Origin: Phoronis australis
Taxonomy: Eukaryota; Animalia; Phoronida
Direction of reading: 5' to 3'
Assembly (NCBI GenBank): GCA_002633005.1
Contig: NMRA01000034.1
Location: 891,766-955,765 of the forward strand
Length of the DNA: 64,000 nucleotides
Shown here: in pieces, positions 12,195 through 26,396 of the stretch
Numbering within the stretch: position 1 is the stretch's first letter
Layout of the letters: each line of letters opens with the position of its first letter
Notes under the pieces: generated by a model
Told to the model about the DNA's origin: nothing
Database searches by the model: none
The model's input: only the letters and a program-made list of their open reading frames with translations
Position numbers and translations under genes: made by a program

Positions 12195-13695
12195 CTGTAA
12201 CGCGCATGACTTCCCGAAGTCTGATAGTGTGGCATCTGAAAGTTTGACATCTCCCCGGGCATCTTTAATGCTTAGTTCAAGTTTGTAACAAATTTTCGAT
12301 TTTCACGAGGTTCTTGCACGGATCTTGCACTTGTTATCAGAGGTTAACATTTCACCTTTCTGTGGCTCGTTAACACTGTTTTGGGTGGTACCTACCCTAC
12401 CGAAACCGCAATTATGGAAACATCTCCCTCTCTACGCAACTGTTGCCCAGTTTCGTCATCGTTATTATGAAGTAGAATTCTTGTGCAATAACTTTCTCAT
12501 TTGTCTGTGTCTCAACCCTGTCTGCGGATACTAAAGGGAATTTGTGTGCAGTCTTGCACTTGTAATTTGCCTCCCACATGTGGGTATTTGTCGCCTCCCA
12601 TCGAGGACCGCAAGATTTGCTGTTCCGATCCGCTTTGCAGCAGCAGAAGTCTGCGATCATGATTTCTATGATAATTTTTCTTCATTTTGTTTTGAATGCT
12701 ATGGCAGCGTCTAGCACCCCTGCACACAATTTTTACCATCTACCATCGTGTTTTCAGCGCTGTCAGATTTTATGTGTTTCTTGTCCCGGCTCTCGGATCT
12801 TGCTCTCGTTTTCAGCATAAGTGATTATCTCCATTTCACTTTTCATTTGCTCGTTAAAACTGTATTCGTTCGTCTTTTTGTTTAGACAAACTTTCCTGAA
12901 ACCGCGGGAAAATGGGATCGCCTCTCTCCGTACGTGACTCCTGTCCAGTTTCGCCGTCATGGCTATCAAGTGACTACAATGCAAAGTCCCAGGTTGGCAA
13001 TTACGCGAAAAAAACGTTGTATACCCAACTATACAAAGTTTCCCTTTTAGCACTTTAAAACAATTAACGTGCGTTTAGACATGCGTTTTCCATTAAAACT
13101 AGCCTCGTGTGTAAACCAAACAACAGGGCTGTTACATTCACGACAATTGAGATAAATGGTCCAACATTCTGTCAATTAAAATCATTTTCAGGGAAACCAT
13201 GTTGATTAGGTACCGTGTTCAAAACGGTACGTCAAATACCATGTCTGTGTGTATTAAGCCAATGCGCCTACTTGTGAAACTAGCCCAAAATTCGATATAA
13301 TTAAGCACACGGGAATATTATGAGAAACACTTGAGTAAAGACAAGAACTAAATTTTAAAAATATTATGACCTGTACATTTCAAAATGGTTGCACCATTGT
13401 ATTGTTATTCGTGCGACTGTGTTTGGTCGGAAACTTTTCGATTCCGTCTCGTTGTATTGTCGACTGCGGATTAAACACGGCTTAAATTTACTACTAATCG
13501 TTTAGTTTATCTGGCGTAGACTTGGACGTATATTTGATAACGTTATTCGAATGTTTAGTGATGACATATCTGTCACTATCATGACGCGATTTAGACCCAC
13601 AAACATTGTTAAAAATGTATTGTCAGATCTCATTTTCAAAAAAAATGTAGGCAGGCACACGGTTCAGCTTCTGATTGTCCCCAACACTCCAACAC

Positions 13696-14105
<410 letters not shown>

Positions 14106-14596
14106 CAATTTCTTATGGTTTTTTGAACCTCTGTTTTGTGTAAATTTATAGTTTTGTGTTTGCTATGGACGGCTGACTTGTGAAGCACCCGTGGAATTTC
14201 TTGTCCGGAGTGTCGTACCTTGCTGTGTTCTATATAGTGTGTTGGGGACGGTCAGAAGCTGAGGACGCCTGTTGTGGATTCATGTAACCAAGTGGGCAGT
14301 TTAGCATTTGGAATTTTTGAAAAATCATATGTTTTAATTAATCGGTTTGGTACGACAATAGTTGTATGCTCTGGGGGAGTTGAGATGGATTAAGAATGGC
14401 CAGGTCTATAGCCAGGTAGTAATTTTCAAAGTGTTTTGTAAATTACAGACGTAATTAAATCTAATGATTAATGCTATTTTAATTTTGGCATTTTAATTGC
14501 ATTTGACCCGGTCCAAAACGTCAATATGACGTACACACTAAACAAACGGAATATCGACAATAAACCCAACTGTCCATCACAACGAAACACTTTTAG

Positions 14597-14835
14597 TTTA
14601 GACCAACAATCGCCATGAAGTCGGTCTCAGATTGTTCTTTAGTCAAACTGGAAGTGATTTCAGCGTTTCAAAAGAAGTGACAGTTTGTTTTTGCTTGAGA
14701 CCAAGCTCTATAAGTTGGCTTGTCACGGCCTGTCAAGTCTCAAGCAATAACGAGCTATCACTTCTTTTCCAATACAGAAATCACTTCTCATCTGAATAAG
14801 AAACAAGCTGAGACCAGTTTTACGTCGGTATAATG
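14597..14835. mobile_element. ~240-bp self-complementary MITE family (related copies at ~1640-1829, ~24868-25250, ~41249-41504)
   Basis: Shared ttagaccac...gtggtc(t/a)aa ends and internal motifs (gagacca, ggcttgtcacgg, gaactgtcagtt, agaaatcacttct) across the copies. Confidence 0.55.
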
Positions 14836-17559
14836 CATCCAGTCAAAGTCAAAAGTTCTTTTTTTGACAGTAGCCAACGCGAGTTTATAGCCGGAGCTTT
14901 CTAAAAGTAAAAGTATTACTTTAGAGTACAGTAACTCTACACGTATTTCGCACAAAAATAATTGTCAAAATTGCCATTTCCATTTTTCAAAGACTAATAA
15001 TTTCTTTGTTACAAATCATGCTAACTTCTTCGAATATTGTTTTATGACGTCTACACAGAATAAACCATGCCAGTAACAGAATAAATGTTTCCTAACCTTA
15101 ATTTTTGTGAAGAAATTTGACAAAATAGTTACTTACTTGTCCGTCATATTTTGTACTAAATAAAAGAAGAATTACCGTATTAAACCAAGAGTGACTAGAA
15201 TGGGCAAAAATATCTAAACCAAACAACCATTTTAAGGTATACACGTGTATAAAGGATGATTGTCTGCGCCTGTAAGTGAAACACTTTCGGAACAGTTATT
15301 TCCGAACTGAGGCATAAATTGGATGAGAGATCCTCTTTCCGCTTCATTTTATTTAAAATTGAATAAAAGTATTTTTACATAAGAAAGGTAAGCCGAAATA
15401 ATGTTCATTCAAAACAACTCCAAATATTTTCAAACTTAATGAATTTAATATGAATTTTTAATTCAATTTTAATTTTTGTTATGCACTACCACCTAAAATG
15501 GCCGCCGTGGTGACTGGCAGCTGACTAATGCATAAGGGGTAGGCCTACTCACTCATCTACCGCCAAATGTAATTTCCGCGGAAACTCCTCCCACTTTTTA
15601 AAGAAGCCTGGAACGCCATATACAGAGCAAATGTCAATGTTGGAAGTGGTTCTCTGCCACTGAAACAGAATTCAACGTGCTCACTAGGTATTTTTATGTT
15701 TGTTCGTAAAGATTTTTAATTTCTGTTGATATCAAAGCATTTTCTTTTAGTTTTTAATTTCAAAAAGAAACGATCTGAATACAAAACCGGCCATCTTTTG
15801 ATGGATGACCTGGTTAAAGAAAATGGGTTCAGAACTAGATTATGCTCCTAGAGCAGGTTTATTTGGTGTTGAAAGTGAGTTTTACGTGTGATATGTTTTA
15901 CTTTCACCGAGTAATTAGTGAATCAGTGCCCAAATACTCTAGTTGAGAACAATCGGGATCTAGCAGGCAAACGGGTTCGTCCCAACTTAATGAACGAAAG
16001 TTCAGCATTTTTGTTGATGAAAATTAGTGTATTGGTAACTAACTGTAAAAACAAGACATCAAGACCTTAACATAGAAAGATACTCATGGTTTGAGAGAAA
16101 CAAGGTAATTCATGGACGTACACAAATATACATTTTAATACGCGCTATCTATATTCCCTCATGTCATCATCTAATTACATAAAACGCTAGAGATGCGAAA
16201 CATTTGCGGCATTCTGTGGAAGTACTGTCTATTAACTTAAAGGTTATCGCTAATCTAGTGTATTCTCATTTTCAAAATGTGTCTTATTTCAAGTGTCGTG
16301 GAAATTCTCTCCTTTGCGATGTTTATCGCCTCAAGCAATTCGGTGCACTGTGGAGCAGACGACATTTGTTTGTGTCATTCCAATACGTCGCATCCGTTTG
16401 GATCAGCGTGTCGGTAAGACTTCAGTTATGCGCTGTGCTCATCTATAATCTCTGTGTTATATTTTCTTGTACAGTTGGATTTTTACTGGCTGGATGAAAA
16501 CGGAATTGGCTCTGATAAAATCGTTCTCATAATATTCCTTACCGGGACAGGATTCTACTTCTGTTGCTAACATCATCGACACCATCAGCGACTCGAGAAA
16601 ACGCTTCAGAATTTACTGGGTTTGGCCAACCCTGAAATTGCGGATTCGAAAATAGTGCGTGCACGGATGCTTGTAACTGAGTTGCCGGGCTCTTCGGCAA
16701 TCACTCAAGATCGGATGAGTGTGATAATATTAAATTCCAAAGCCCTTATGTTAAGGATCCAACACAGACAGCTAAACAATGTCAAAATACAGCTACAAAG
16801 GAAAAAGTGCATGGTTTTGGCTTTGTTTTGAATATTGATATTGTAAAGGGCTGACTGAGTATGCAATATTGTCTGTGACACAACAGCAATGTTCGCTACA
16901 ATTTATGCTGCGAGAAAAAGCTGCAACATAATGCGGTCCACACCAGAGAGTTTATTTTGGATCTTGAGGGTCTGAAATGCACTTAATTTCAAACTTAACC
17001 TTTCTGTCTCAAATTGCAGGGAATCACCACCCGTTTTGTGTCTTTTCGGTTTTTAGCATGCGATTTCTTTAGAAGGACAGAGTCGGTTTTGTGGCCGAAA
17101 AAACTCGTTTTTGGTTGTCATTCTAGGGTAGGCTTGAATTCTTGAACTAGTTTTTCCCTTTGATCAGAGTTATGAAACAGCGATTTTACTGTATATCGCT
17201 GATTCCTAGCAAAGGCTCCCAAGTCAAAATAAATCACTGAATTAGAAGCAATTCGTTGCTAGGTGCCTTGAAAATAGCCGACGCGAGCCGTTTGTAGTGC
17301 CGGTCAAGTTCGATTACTGTCTCGTGGAGAGAAAAATCTATAACCAAAATCACGTGCTCTCATTGAAAATACAAGACGATGCATCGTGAGATCATACTTT
17401 TCTAGCGCGACACAAGCGTTACTGGACTCTACCCTGGTCAATGCCAGGGTGAAAAAAATATGCCTTAGACTAATCTCCTAAGACATCGACGATTAGCAAA
17501 ACCTGTCTTTTACTCTGTTTCTTTTACAATATTAAAGCCAAGTTGCATTTCGTTTGTAG

Positions 17560-19603
17560 AGATACGAGTTGCTACTGTGACGACAAGTGTGAACAAAGGA
17601 ACGACTGCTGCGCAGAACACTTTCCAAGAACGGTCATTAGAGACTCGGAGCGGCCATGGCTTTCAAACAAGAATATGAGCTGTGGCCCGCTTTTTAATCA
17701 CAGCTTCGTCGAGTACGTGGGCAAATGCCACTGGAACTACACTGACAACGAGCTGGGAGCTCTGGATAAATGTGAGCTAAGTCCAGAGACATCACTGGAC
17801 ATCCACGTGAATGAGTATTCAAAGAAGCGGATGACCCAACTTGCACCCGTGTTTAGCGTCCAGTCTGGTGTACTGTTTAAGAACGTTTACTGCGCCATCT
17901 GTAACTTTGAGTACGAGACATCGTTTTTCAAGGCAAGTCTTTCTTGCTTAGTGAAAGACCTTTCCAGCCGTAACAGAACCTTCCCCAGTAAGTATTGCAC
18001 TACTTATAAAGTTGACGAATTCAAAAGCACAGTGGCTAAACCTGTAACATGTCAGAGGAAGGAACCTAAGGTTAGGCCTATATCGTCCTGTGACGACAGA
18101 TTTCCCAATGAAACAGTACGGAACCTGTGCGGTGCTTATACAAGTCTCGTGAAGTCCGACCATGGAAGGCATTTTTACAGGAATTGGTACTGCCTCGCCT
18201 GTCACAGGACAGAGAAAAATTTATCAGCTGTGTGCGCAAGTTTCATGGACGGTGCAACTTCACATTCAAGCCCTTTGGAAACAGTTCCCATTTCGATACT
18301 CTTCGACATGAACAAGGGACCCACAGAATTAGATAATGAGATTGGATCTATTCAGACTTTCCAGCGGAAATCTGCCCTAGAGCCCAAATGTAAACAAGAA
18401 CAAAAATACATACCTCAGCTGAAGATGTGTATAAGTTTCACTTGTGAACCAGGTGCGATGCTAGACGGCAACTGCATAACTGAGTTGCACGGCATTAATG
18501 AGACATCTTGCCTTAGGGCATTACTTCCAAAAGACCTGTTTAGCAGACATTCGAACGGGACTCTGGAGCTACGCATAGGTAAATCAAAGTACCACTTCTC
18601 ATCTGAAGAATACATAAACGTGACTGAAAATGGCATAACTTTTCTGTCAGTGTGCAATTTATTTGATGAGTACAACAGAACAACCAAAGAGCAGACAAGA
18701 TCGTCGAAATTTAGTGAGTGGCAAACTCTCATGTCATTGGGCGGTCAAATTCTTTCAATTGTTGCTCTTGGCTTGGTGCTTGTAGTCTATACGTTCCTTC
18801 CAGAACTGCGCAATATCCGTGGGAAAAGCTTGATGTGCCTCTCGGCGTCGTTGCTCATTGCCCACACGCTGTTTTTGGCGGGAATATCGCGCACAGAGAA
18901 TACGATCGTCTGCAAAGCTATCGCAATTTTTATTCATTACTTCTTTATGTCCTCCTTCTTTTGGATGAACGTGATGTCTTTTGATATATGGAAAATTTTT
19001 GCAGTCAGAACCTTGGCCGAATTCGATAACAAACGGTTCATTTGGTACAGTATGTATGCCTGGTCTGGCCCCTTGGTTTGTATAATAGTCAGTGTTGTAT
19101 TTGACAACATCCCCGGATCTACCGTGAAGCCGAATTACGCCGGGAGAAATCGCTACTGCTTCATAACAAGTCGCGACGGACTTTTGGCGTTCTTCGCTTT
19201 GCCTGCCGCATTTGTTCTGTTTACCAATTTTGTATTCTTTGTTCTCATAATCAAATTTATATGTAAAAGTATTTTCAACGGCCAAGTAGAGAGAAAGAAA
19301 GGAGATGAGCTGCGAGTGTTGTTATATGCCAAACTAAGTGTTATAATGGGCGTCACTTGGTTGCTTGGTTATTTCGCCTCAGTGACGGAGTCTAATGACC
19401 TCTGGAATATGTTTATACTGTTTAACAGTCTTCAAGGGGTCTTTATCTTTATGGCATTCATTTGTTCGAAGACAGTTTTTCGTCTTCTGAAACAGAAATT
19501 TAAGTGCGGCTCCACACTAGAGAAGGCTAACGACAACGACCATGCGTTCTCGCTATCGACCGGCAATCAAACGACTGTGCAAGAATTGGTCTCATCAGTT
19601 TAG
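17560..19603 (+). CDS. Methuselah-like / family-B (adhesion-related) 7TM receptor, main coding exon, with a partial somatomedin-B domain and Cys-rich ectodomain
   Basis: About 680 codons without a stop. CYCDDKCEQRNDCC (SMB C-half), two F/YxNxYCxxC repeats, then seven hydrophobic helices with family-B/Mth motifs (LPELRNIRGKSLMCLS, HYFFMSSFFWMNVMSFDIW, YAWSGP, MGVTW, NSLQGVFIF). Probable acceptor tttgtag at 17553-17559; upstream exon(s) not securely located. Confidence 0.9.
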
Positions 19604-22600
19604 AAGTCGAGAACGTCGTTCCACAGAGAAGATGGGATCAGATTTTTGCTACTGCAAGATTCTTCTGACATGCAATGAGATGTTTTGCTACCAAGGTATA
19701 AGCTTTCCCTGCAAAAGCGATAAGTAACAAAAATGCTCTTTGGATGAAAAGTACAGTTGGTTTTTGCTAATTATCTGTAAATTGTATGAACTATGATTCG
19801 TGCGAGCGATACACAGCACACATATTTGACTTACGCGACGCGATTGTTTGTTGGGAGGTCTAATTAAGTTTTATCGTCGACAAATTGTCATGTTTTAAAA
19901 TTGCACGATTTTTTTGGATTGAAGGTCTGCAAGTCTGAAATTAATGGTCTTCATAGGTACGAAGGGTCGTAGGTCCGAGCTTGGTATGACGTCGGCGGAC
20001 GTAAGAGGAGGAGCAGACGTTAATGACGTCAGTGTCATCGAGAATCTCACCCCTCTCGTCTCGTCTTGATAACACCTGCGCTAACGTTGCCTTGGTGAGG
20101 TCTTTTCATAGATCTGCGCTGTACAAAAAGTATGACAACGTGCGCGCCCGGACAACTCCGCCGCCACTGATAAATCAATTCTGTGCTTGTCGAGAAATTT
20201 GTAACATATATTCATTTTACATAGAGTGCCTTTCCGTAGACATGTTTGACCATGTTTTTTAATGTCTATCCAGTTGTTTTTGCTCAACCACGGCTACATA
20301 CCAAGCCCCCCCTCTGGATACAAGGGGGACCGTATACACCTTCAAATTTTCTCTGGAAAAGCGTAACTCTCAGACGATCCTCTCAGGCAGATATTTCTCG
20401 AGACTGGAATGCAGGAATGTGGAGTGCATTACGGACCACCTCACGAGATTTTCAAAATATAGGATGCCCTTCATTCACAAAATTCGCTTGATATGATTGA
20501 CAAATTTCATTTCCATGTGAATACTTTGAACACTGAAACACGTTACTAAAATGACCATTACTGAACTCACGGTGTGTCGTGGAGCGCCGCAATCTGTTGG
20601 CCGGGTGGAGGCGGGAAATTTCTCATAGTGTAAAGCGGCACCTGTGTTTTCTATCAAAATATGATTGGATTTAGGCAAATTTCATTTTGAAATTGTTCCC
20701 TAGGCCTACACAGTTTAGGAGACACCTCTCGGCTGGGGAAGAATTGATTATTGATTGTATTGGTTTTATGAAAATCACGATTTTGTATTGCTTTTGTTTT
20801 AGTTGTGGTGAAAGTTTAGTTAAATTGTGCTTTCTGTTACTTATGATATCTTGATGTCATCATCACCGCACACACTATTGTTATTATTAGCATATTTCTT
20901 GCGGTCAGTATTATAAATGTTAGAATTATTATATTAGTACTACTTTTATTTATTATTATAACGGGACACGGTTGGGCGTCATATACATTTATTTAGTAGT
21001 AGGGAACTATACCTACGGAACACAATGCAAACCTTAGTTAAGAAAAACTGACAGCTCACAATTCCTTTAAAGTAGCACCTTACTAACAAAGAAATAGCAT
21101 CAACTCAAAGGTCTACCTTGCACTTCACAGCTACGGCACCACACGAACAAGACAAGTGAACGCTCTCGAAGCACGAGTCTCGGTGACCTTAAACAAAAAC
21201 TATCTGAGCGGCACGTTCGTCTTCCCTGTACATTCATGATACAATGGACCCTTGAAGTACCGCTCAGTGTTATTGTTTGTAGTGACATAAAAAGCATAAA
21301 CACAGTAGTGTTATGCTGTCAGTTTATTCATCGCTACAAATCCTCCCGCTAGACCCCATGCCCATCGTGAATTTGCGTTTTTATAGTGCACTCGTTAGAC
21401 AATGAAATCCAAGATCATTGTAAAATCGATGAAAATTTCATATTCTGTATGTCAGTGCGGCCTATGCCGAGCACTCCGTTTTAACTGTACATTAACTAAA
21501 AAGAAACACATCTTGTGTAAAATGCGTAGAATTTCAGACACCCTTGATTGTTTAAGTAAGCAAATTTTCAACAAAATCATTTACATGATAGGAAATGTAC
21601 GAAAAGCCAACGACAAACAAGTCAAGCTCCTAGAAAAATACACGTAAGATGGCGACCGGAAATACGCATTTTGCGATCCTAGCGGTCAACTTCGCTGGAA
21701 TCAAGGTATCCCAGAGGGTCTTGGGAGATATTCTCCAAGAAGTATTCAGAATTAATGCGCGACATTCTGGTGCATTGCAGTGGTAGCCCATTCAGTTGAA
21801 GAATCTAGGATGGTGTTAAGCGGGGGGAGACTAAACGCAATCTTCAAAGGAAAATGTCTGGGACTGAAAGCTAACGTATTTTTCTTTTCGATCTTGTCCA
21901 CCCCAATGTACACGTAACCTGTTATGGTTTTACAAAAATCACAGTAACTCTTCAGTACTTCGCAGACCTTGCAATCCGCCGGTAGAACTTTTAGATAATC
22001 TTTAAAGAAAACATGTCTAATACACACAGCTAGTATCTCACGAACAGAACTCAAAAAAATTAAAATGCTTTCTTAATAACGATCTTGATAAGAAATGCTA
22101 TTCTTTGCATTTTTCGGGTTAAATTATGCATATTAACATGACTATGGCGTTACCGTGAATTGTTCACAAAAGTGGTCTTTAATCTTTCCAATTTAAACTT
22201 TCATTCTTCCTATTTCGGTCAACTCTTTTGCTTGGTTTTTATTTCTGACGTTCCTGATTGTTTATTGTTTGAGCCGCCCGTTCATGAAAATATTAAGATT
22301 TTTGATCAATTGAAAATCCTACCCATTTCCCAAACGAAATAGTACACACTGTCAGTGCGGCACCTGCAACTTTCCGTGGTTTCTACATTTTCCTTTTTCT
22401 CTCGAATGTTTAGTTGTCCATCGGCGATAGAACACAGGCTGCTGCCCAGGTCAACCATAAATCGCAGACTCTAACCTGAGCAAAGTCCAAATTATCGGCA
22501 TTCAGTCTTCCTGTTGAACAAATCACTAGACCTTGTTTGGTCCATGGTGTCGTGTCCAGTTGGGAACGCCAACTCAACTCAGCTCAATATATAACCAAAG

Positions 22601-24133
22601 CAAAGTGACGCTGCCCTTGTAATTAAAAATCAAAACAAAACAAATAAGTTAAAAGTACGACTTTTATTATCTATCCAGGTAGCAGTTTCGGAGAAGAAAC
22701 TGCGAGTACGCTACAGAAACAAGTCTGACATAGCTGGAGGTAATCTCCTATCTCTTGAGAACAACTCTTGTAATAAGTGCAACTAGAACAAAGGAATGAG
22801 AGTATGGTGCAGGAATGTGCATTGGTAAAACGGAAAATACAATATATTACCTCACCAAGTTCTAAAACCATTAGACAATACAATACACCATACAATGTAC
22901 TGTATTGTAGTAGGTAAAACAACGCAACTCACCAGCGCATGTAGTCTACTTACTTAGTAAAATCACGAAATTATTAAAACGCCAACGATTCTCAATTGGC
23001 AGCATGTATCCTAAAAAAACGGGCATTAAGTCGGAATCTACACTCCATTTAGCCAAGTTTTGCAGAATCGCCTTTGCTCAAGACACAAAAACCTAGAATC
23101 ATGGACACTAGACAGGAACACCAGGACTGCAAACAAAAAAGTATTTACAAATATGTTTTTACTAACTACGAATTTAAGAGACTAAATCGAAGAAGAACAG
23201 CTTGAATTCACACACAAGTAGTATTACAAGACGTATTTGGGAAATGAAATTCAAATTAGATCGTATTAGAAAGCATCATGGCCCCAAATAGGTACCCATC
23301 CAAGGCGAATACACCCAATCAATAGTAAAATAGAATATATCACAACCGTTCGCCAATCATTTATTTACATCCACTATGTACACAAGGTGTGTCGAGTGAC
23401 ATGAAAACGTAACACTTATACAAATTTATTGCATTAACGTTCCCTCTATTGTTTAACTCTTTTCCTCGTCAGAAAATTACTTTTTAACTCATTGCCACTA
23501 GGAGTACGTACGTCACGCATGACCTATATCAGGCTGACGTCATCCCGCATCACTCACGAAAGCATAATCGCAGGGGTAGGAAGATTTTCTTTCCCGACTG
23601 CCCCAAATTTCGCTCCTCCGCATCCCCCGACTTCCGATTATGGATTACAAAGGTAATCAAAAGATTTTTCTTCTAACCGATTTAGTGAGGGGTCATTAAC
23701 CCAATGTCGCGAGTGGGGGTGTGGCTTCTTACTCCTAACGAAGCAACAGAGCAAAGACATTTAAAGGTGATCTACACCGTGAGCACACGTGCCAAGGGCA
23801 GAAGATTAGATGGTAATTTGTTAAAAGCTCGTATAAAGAAATCTTATTTATTTATATTTACAAGTAAAGCTCAAACCGCTTACCAAGCAAACTATTCCCT
23901 AAAATTTCTGAGCAAGAAGAGACAACCAAATACTGGCTCTGGTAACAGCGAGTATTTTGTGGTATTGCTCCTTCGAATAAACTTACGATGGACTTTATCT
24001 GAGATTTAAAATGCAAAAGTAAAACAAGAGTTCCCTTTAAAAGTTAATTAGACGTAAATTGGTCCTTCGGCAGGCTAGGGTTCCTTATTCTATTGTCCTC
24101 GTTTTTCAGGATGGCGAAGCACAGATGATCTTT

Positions 24134-24225
24134 CTACATTAGTAACGCCGAGATCATAGATATGAGCAGAAGAGAGATGGCTGGTACGATTGCTCCAACC
24201 CCACCTATTTCTCCAGACTTTGGAT
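24134..24225 (-). CDS. Three-Ig-domain GPI-type cell-surface protein, exon 10 (hydrophobic C-terminal tail and stop)
   Basis: (D)PKSGEIGGVGAIVPAISLLLISMISALLM*; ttccag acceptor, phase 1. Confidence 0.8.
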
Positions 24226-24659
24226 CTGGAATGAAATGCAGTTCTCGCATAAATAAGCATTTTACCATTGAATGGGTTCGCTGTTGGCATTTTTGCCACT
24301 CGGGTGTACAAGATCTCCTCGCTTTGGGTGACACATATATATGCCAAATATATTTGTTCTTCAAATCACGGGGCCTGGTTTTAAAAGCGAGATGTTTCTG
24401 ACACACTGAGATGCTGCGAGAGTTCATGATACAATCATAGTGGTGTCTAAGGAGGTGATAAATCTGCAAAGAATAATTTTTTTGCCAATATGCAACTCTT
24501 ATAAATCAAATGATTGAAAGGCTTGAGATGACATTCATGGTTTGCTTCGCTCCGAAAAGGTAGTTACCAAGAAACAGGTTATACGTCTATGAAATGAACT
24601 CAAAGTGAAGACATTGCTCATGGAAACATTGGCATGTACAATATTTAAAGTGTGCCTAC

Positions 24660-24795
24660 CTTTATTAATAGTAGCAGACGTCGAAACTTTGTGGTTAGCC
24701 TCGTTTGTGAAGGTCATATCGTACTTTTGGAATTTTCCAGAATCGACATTGCTGATTTTCAGGTAAAAATTGTATCTGGTTGAGCTGGACGGATC
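24660..24795 (-). CDS. Ig-domain protein, exon 9 (second half of Ig3)
   Basis: DPSSSTRYNFYLKISNVDSGKFQKYDMTFTNEANHKVSTSATINK; ag/gtaggc boundaries; 136 bp, phase 0 to 1. Confidence 0.8.
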
Positions 24796-24975
24796 CTGGA
24801 ATCATCGGAAAAACTTAGTCACACCTGAAAGCTGTAACTTACCCGCTTTCTGTCAAAAATAACTACTTCAGACCACTTATTTATATGAAACTGGTGTCAT
24901 ATAGTTCTTTGCTCATTCAGTAGTGTTAACAGTCTTGGCAAGAAAGTTCTTCTAATTATTGCAATGTTCGGCATC

Positions 24976-25145
24976 CATAGGCGGATCCAGGGGTGGTAGT
25001 CAAGGGTGGACGGACCCTCCTTTTCTCCCTTGATTTTAGTTATATCAAATCTAAAATTTTATTTTCAACTTGTTGGCTCTGACCCTCCTTTAAAAATCTT
25101 TGATCCGACCCCCAGCCCCTTTTAGAAATGCTGAATCCGCCAATG
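24976..25145. mobile_element. GGCGGATCC-type MITE inserted into an older MITE
   Basis: Ends cataggcggatccag / ctgaatccgccaatg; interrupts the 24868-25250 copy of the ttagaccac family. Confidence 0.55.
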
Positions 25146-26190
25146 ACCTCGAGCAGTAATGAACTGTCAGTTCTTTTTGAGTTCAGAAATCACTTCTAAT
25201 TTAGGTTTAGACTACTTGAAGACTAATTTTATAACTCTCTGTGGCCTGAACCAAAAGATAGTGTTTTGGCAAAATTGGGTAGAGCTATGCATGCACCACA
25301 AATAAAGAACATTTCCTCCCATCAACGTGAGCAGCACTAGTGAACTTAGACTAGTGAAGACATTGAGATTTCCTCAAAGAAAACAAAAACCACCACTAGG
25401 GTTCATTGTAGCAACCCTTGATCAGCGTCAGCTATCATCTCATTATTATTTACAAGGTTTCTGGCGGATGGTGAGACGGACATCAAACGTAAATATTAGA
25501 GAACAACGCACAAGTCGGAACTGACTAAACATGTGGTAAGTGCTGAGCTCTCCGTGTGGCTCCATGAAAATGAGACGAAACAACGAATTAGCTTGTCAAT
25601 AAAAATATTAACTGCCACTTGATCATTAAGTTTTTGAAACAAAACAGGGTTATGTGAAACCGAACCTTCGAAATTTCGGAATAAGTTTGTCTTTTTAACA
25701 ATATGTGGCAGTTACCTCTTTGGTGAAAACAACGTTGACCTTCTTGGGCATGGACGTTAACGTGACATTTCAATGAATGCTGGTTATGCAAAATGGATGA
25801 AAAAACCACCGAATTACGTACACTTACATTTCGAGCCAACAAATTGCGCGAACGACAGATATTCCTCAAAAACCGTAAAACGCCAATAACAAGGTAAAGA
25901 ATCCATGCAAGTATATGAGCCTCTTGAATCATGAAAGCACATCGTGTTTGTAAGCCTATTCACCTTGTCCACTACACTGACTGTTGTCGAAAATACAAAA
26001 CAGTCAAGGAAACTGCGAATGGACGGGGGCACTAGATTCATTTCATTGAGAGAATACGTACTGGCGTTTGCGTCACTGACTTCCACTAGCCAGTCCTTGC
26101 CTTTAGTTAGTTCATGTAAACACTTTCTTACAAACAAGTTTGATATTTAACTGTGATGAAAACCCCAGATGAAAACAGTGAGCAGCCTAC

Positions 26191-26396
26191 CTTTTGGTAT
26201 CGACAGAATACTCCATCAAACGCTCTTGTGTAGTCCCCCTTTCCTTTCTGCCCACACTCGGCGTTTGTGAACCCTTTTGCGCTCAAGGTCACTTTCGTAA
26301 GGGGTTCATTGGTGTTAATGGTGCACATTACTTTAAAATCATTCTCATTAAGTTTCGCAATATTCTTTGGTGGACAATAGACGTCCATCTGCAACC
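26191..26396 (-). CDS. Ig-domain protein, exon 8 (first half of Ig3)
   Basis: (G)LQMDVYCPPKNIAKLNENDFKVMCTINTNEP...VFCRYQK; ctgcag/gtaggc boundaries; 206 bp, phase 1 to 0. Confidence 0.8.

Noticed and set aside
16530-16700. In-frame TGA codons read as selenocysteine
   Set aside because: No start codon in that frame, neighbouring frameshifts, and no SECIS identified; decay is the simpler explanation.
17948-19356. Antisense and alternative-frame ORFs over the receptor exon
   Set aside because: Shadows of the real coding frame.
21645-21790. aagATGGCG start with a 45-codon frame, possible first exon or Crypton remnant
   Set aside because: No convincing downstream exons or domain.
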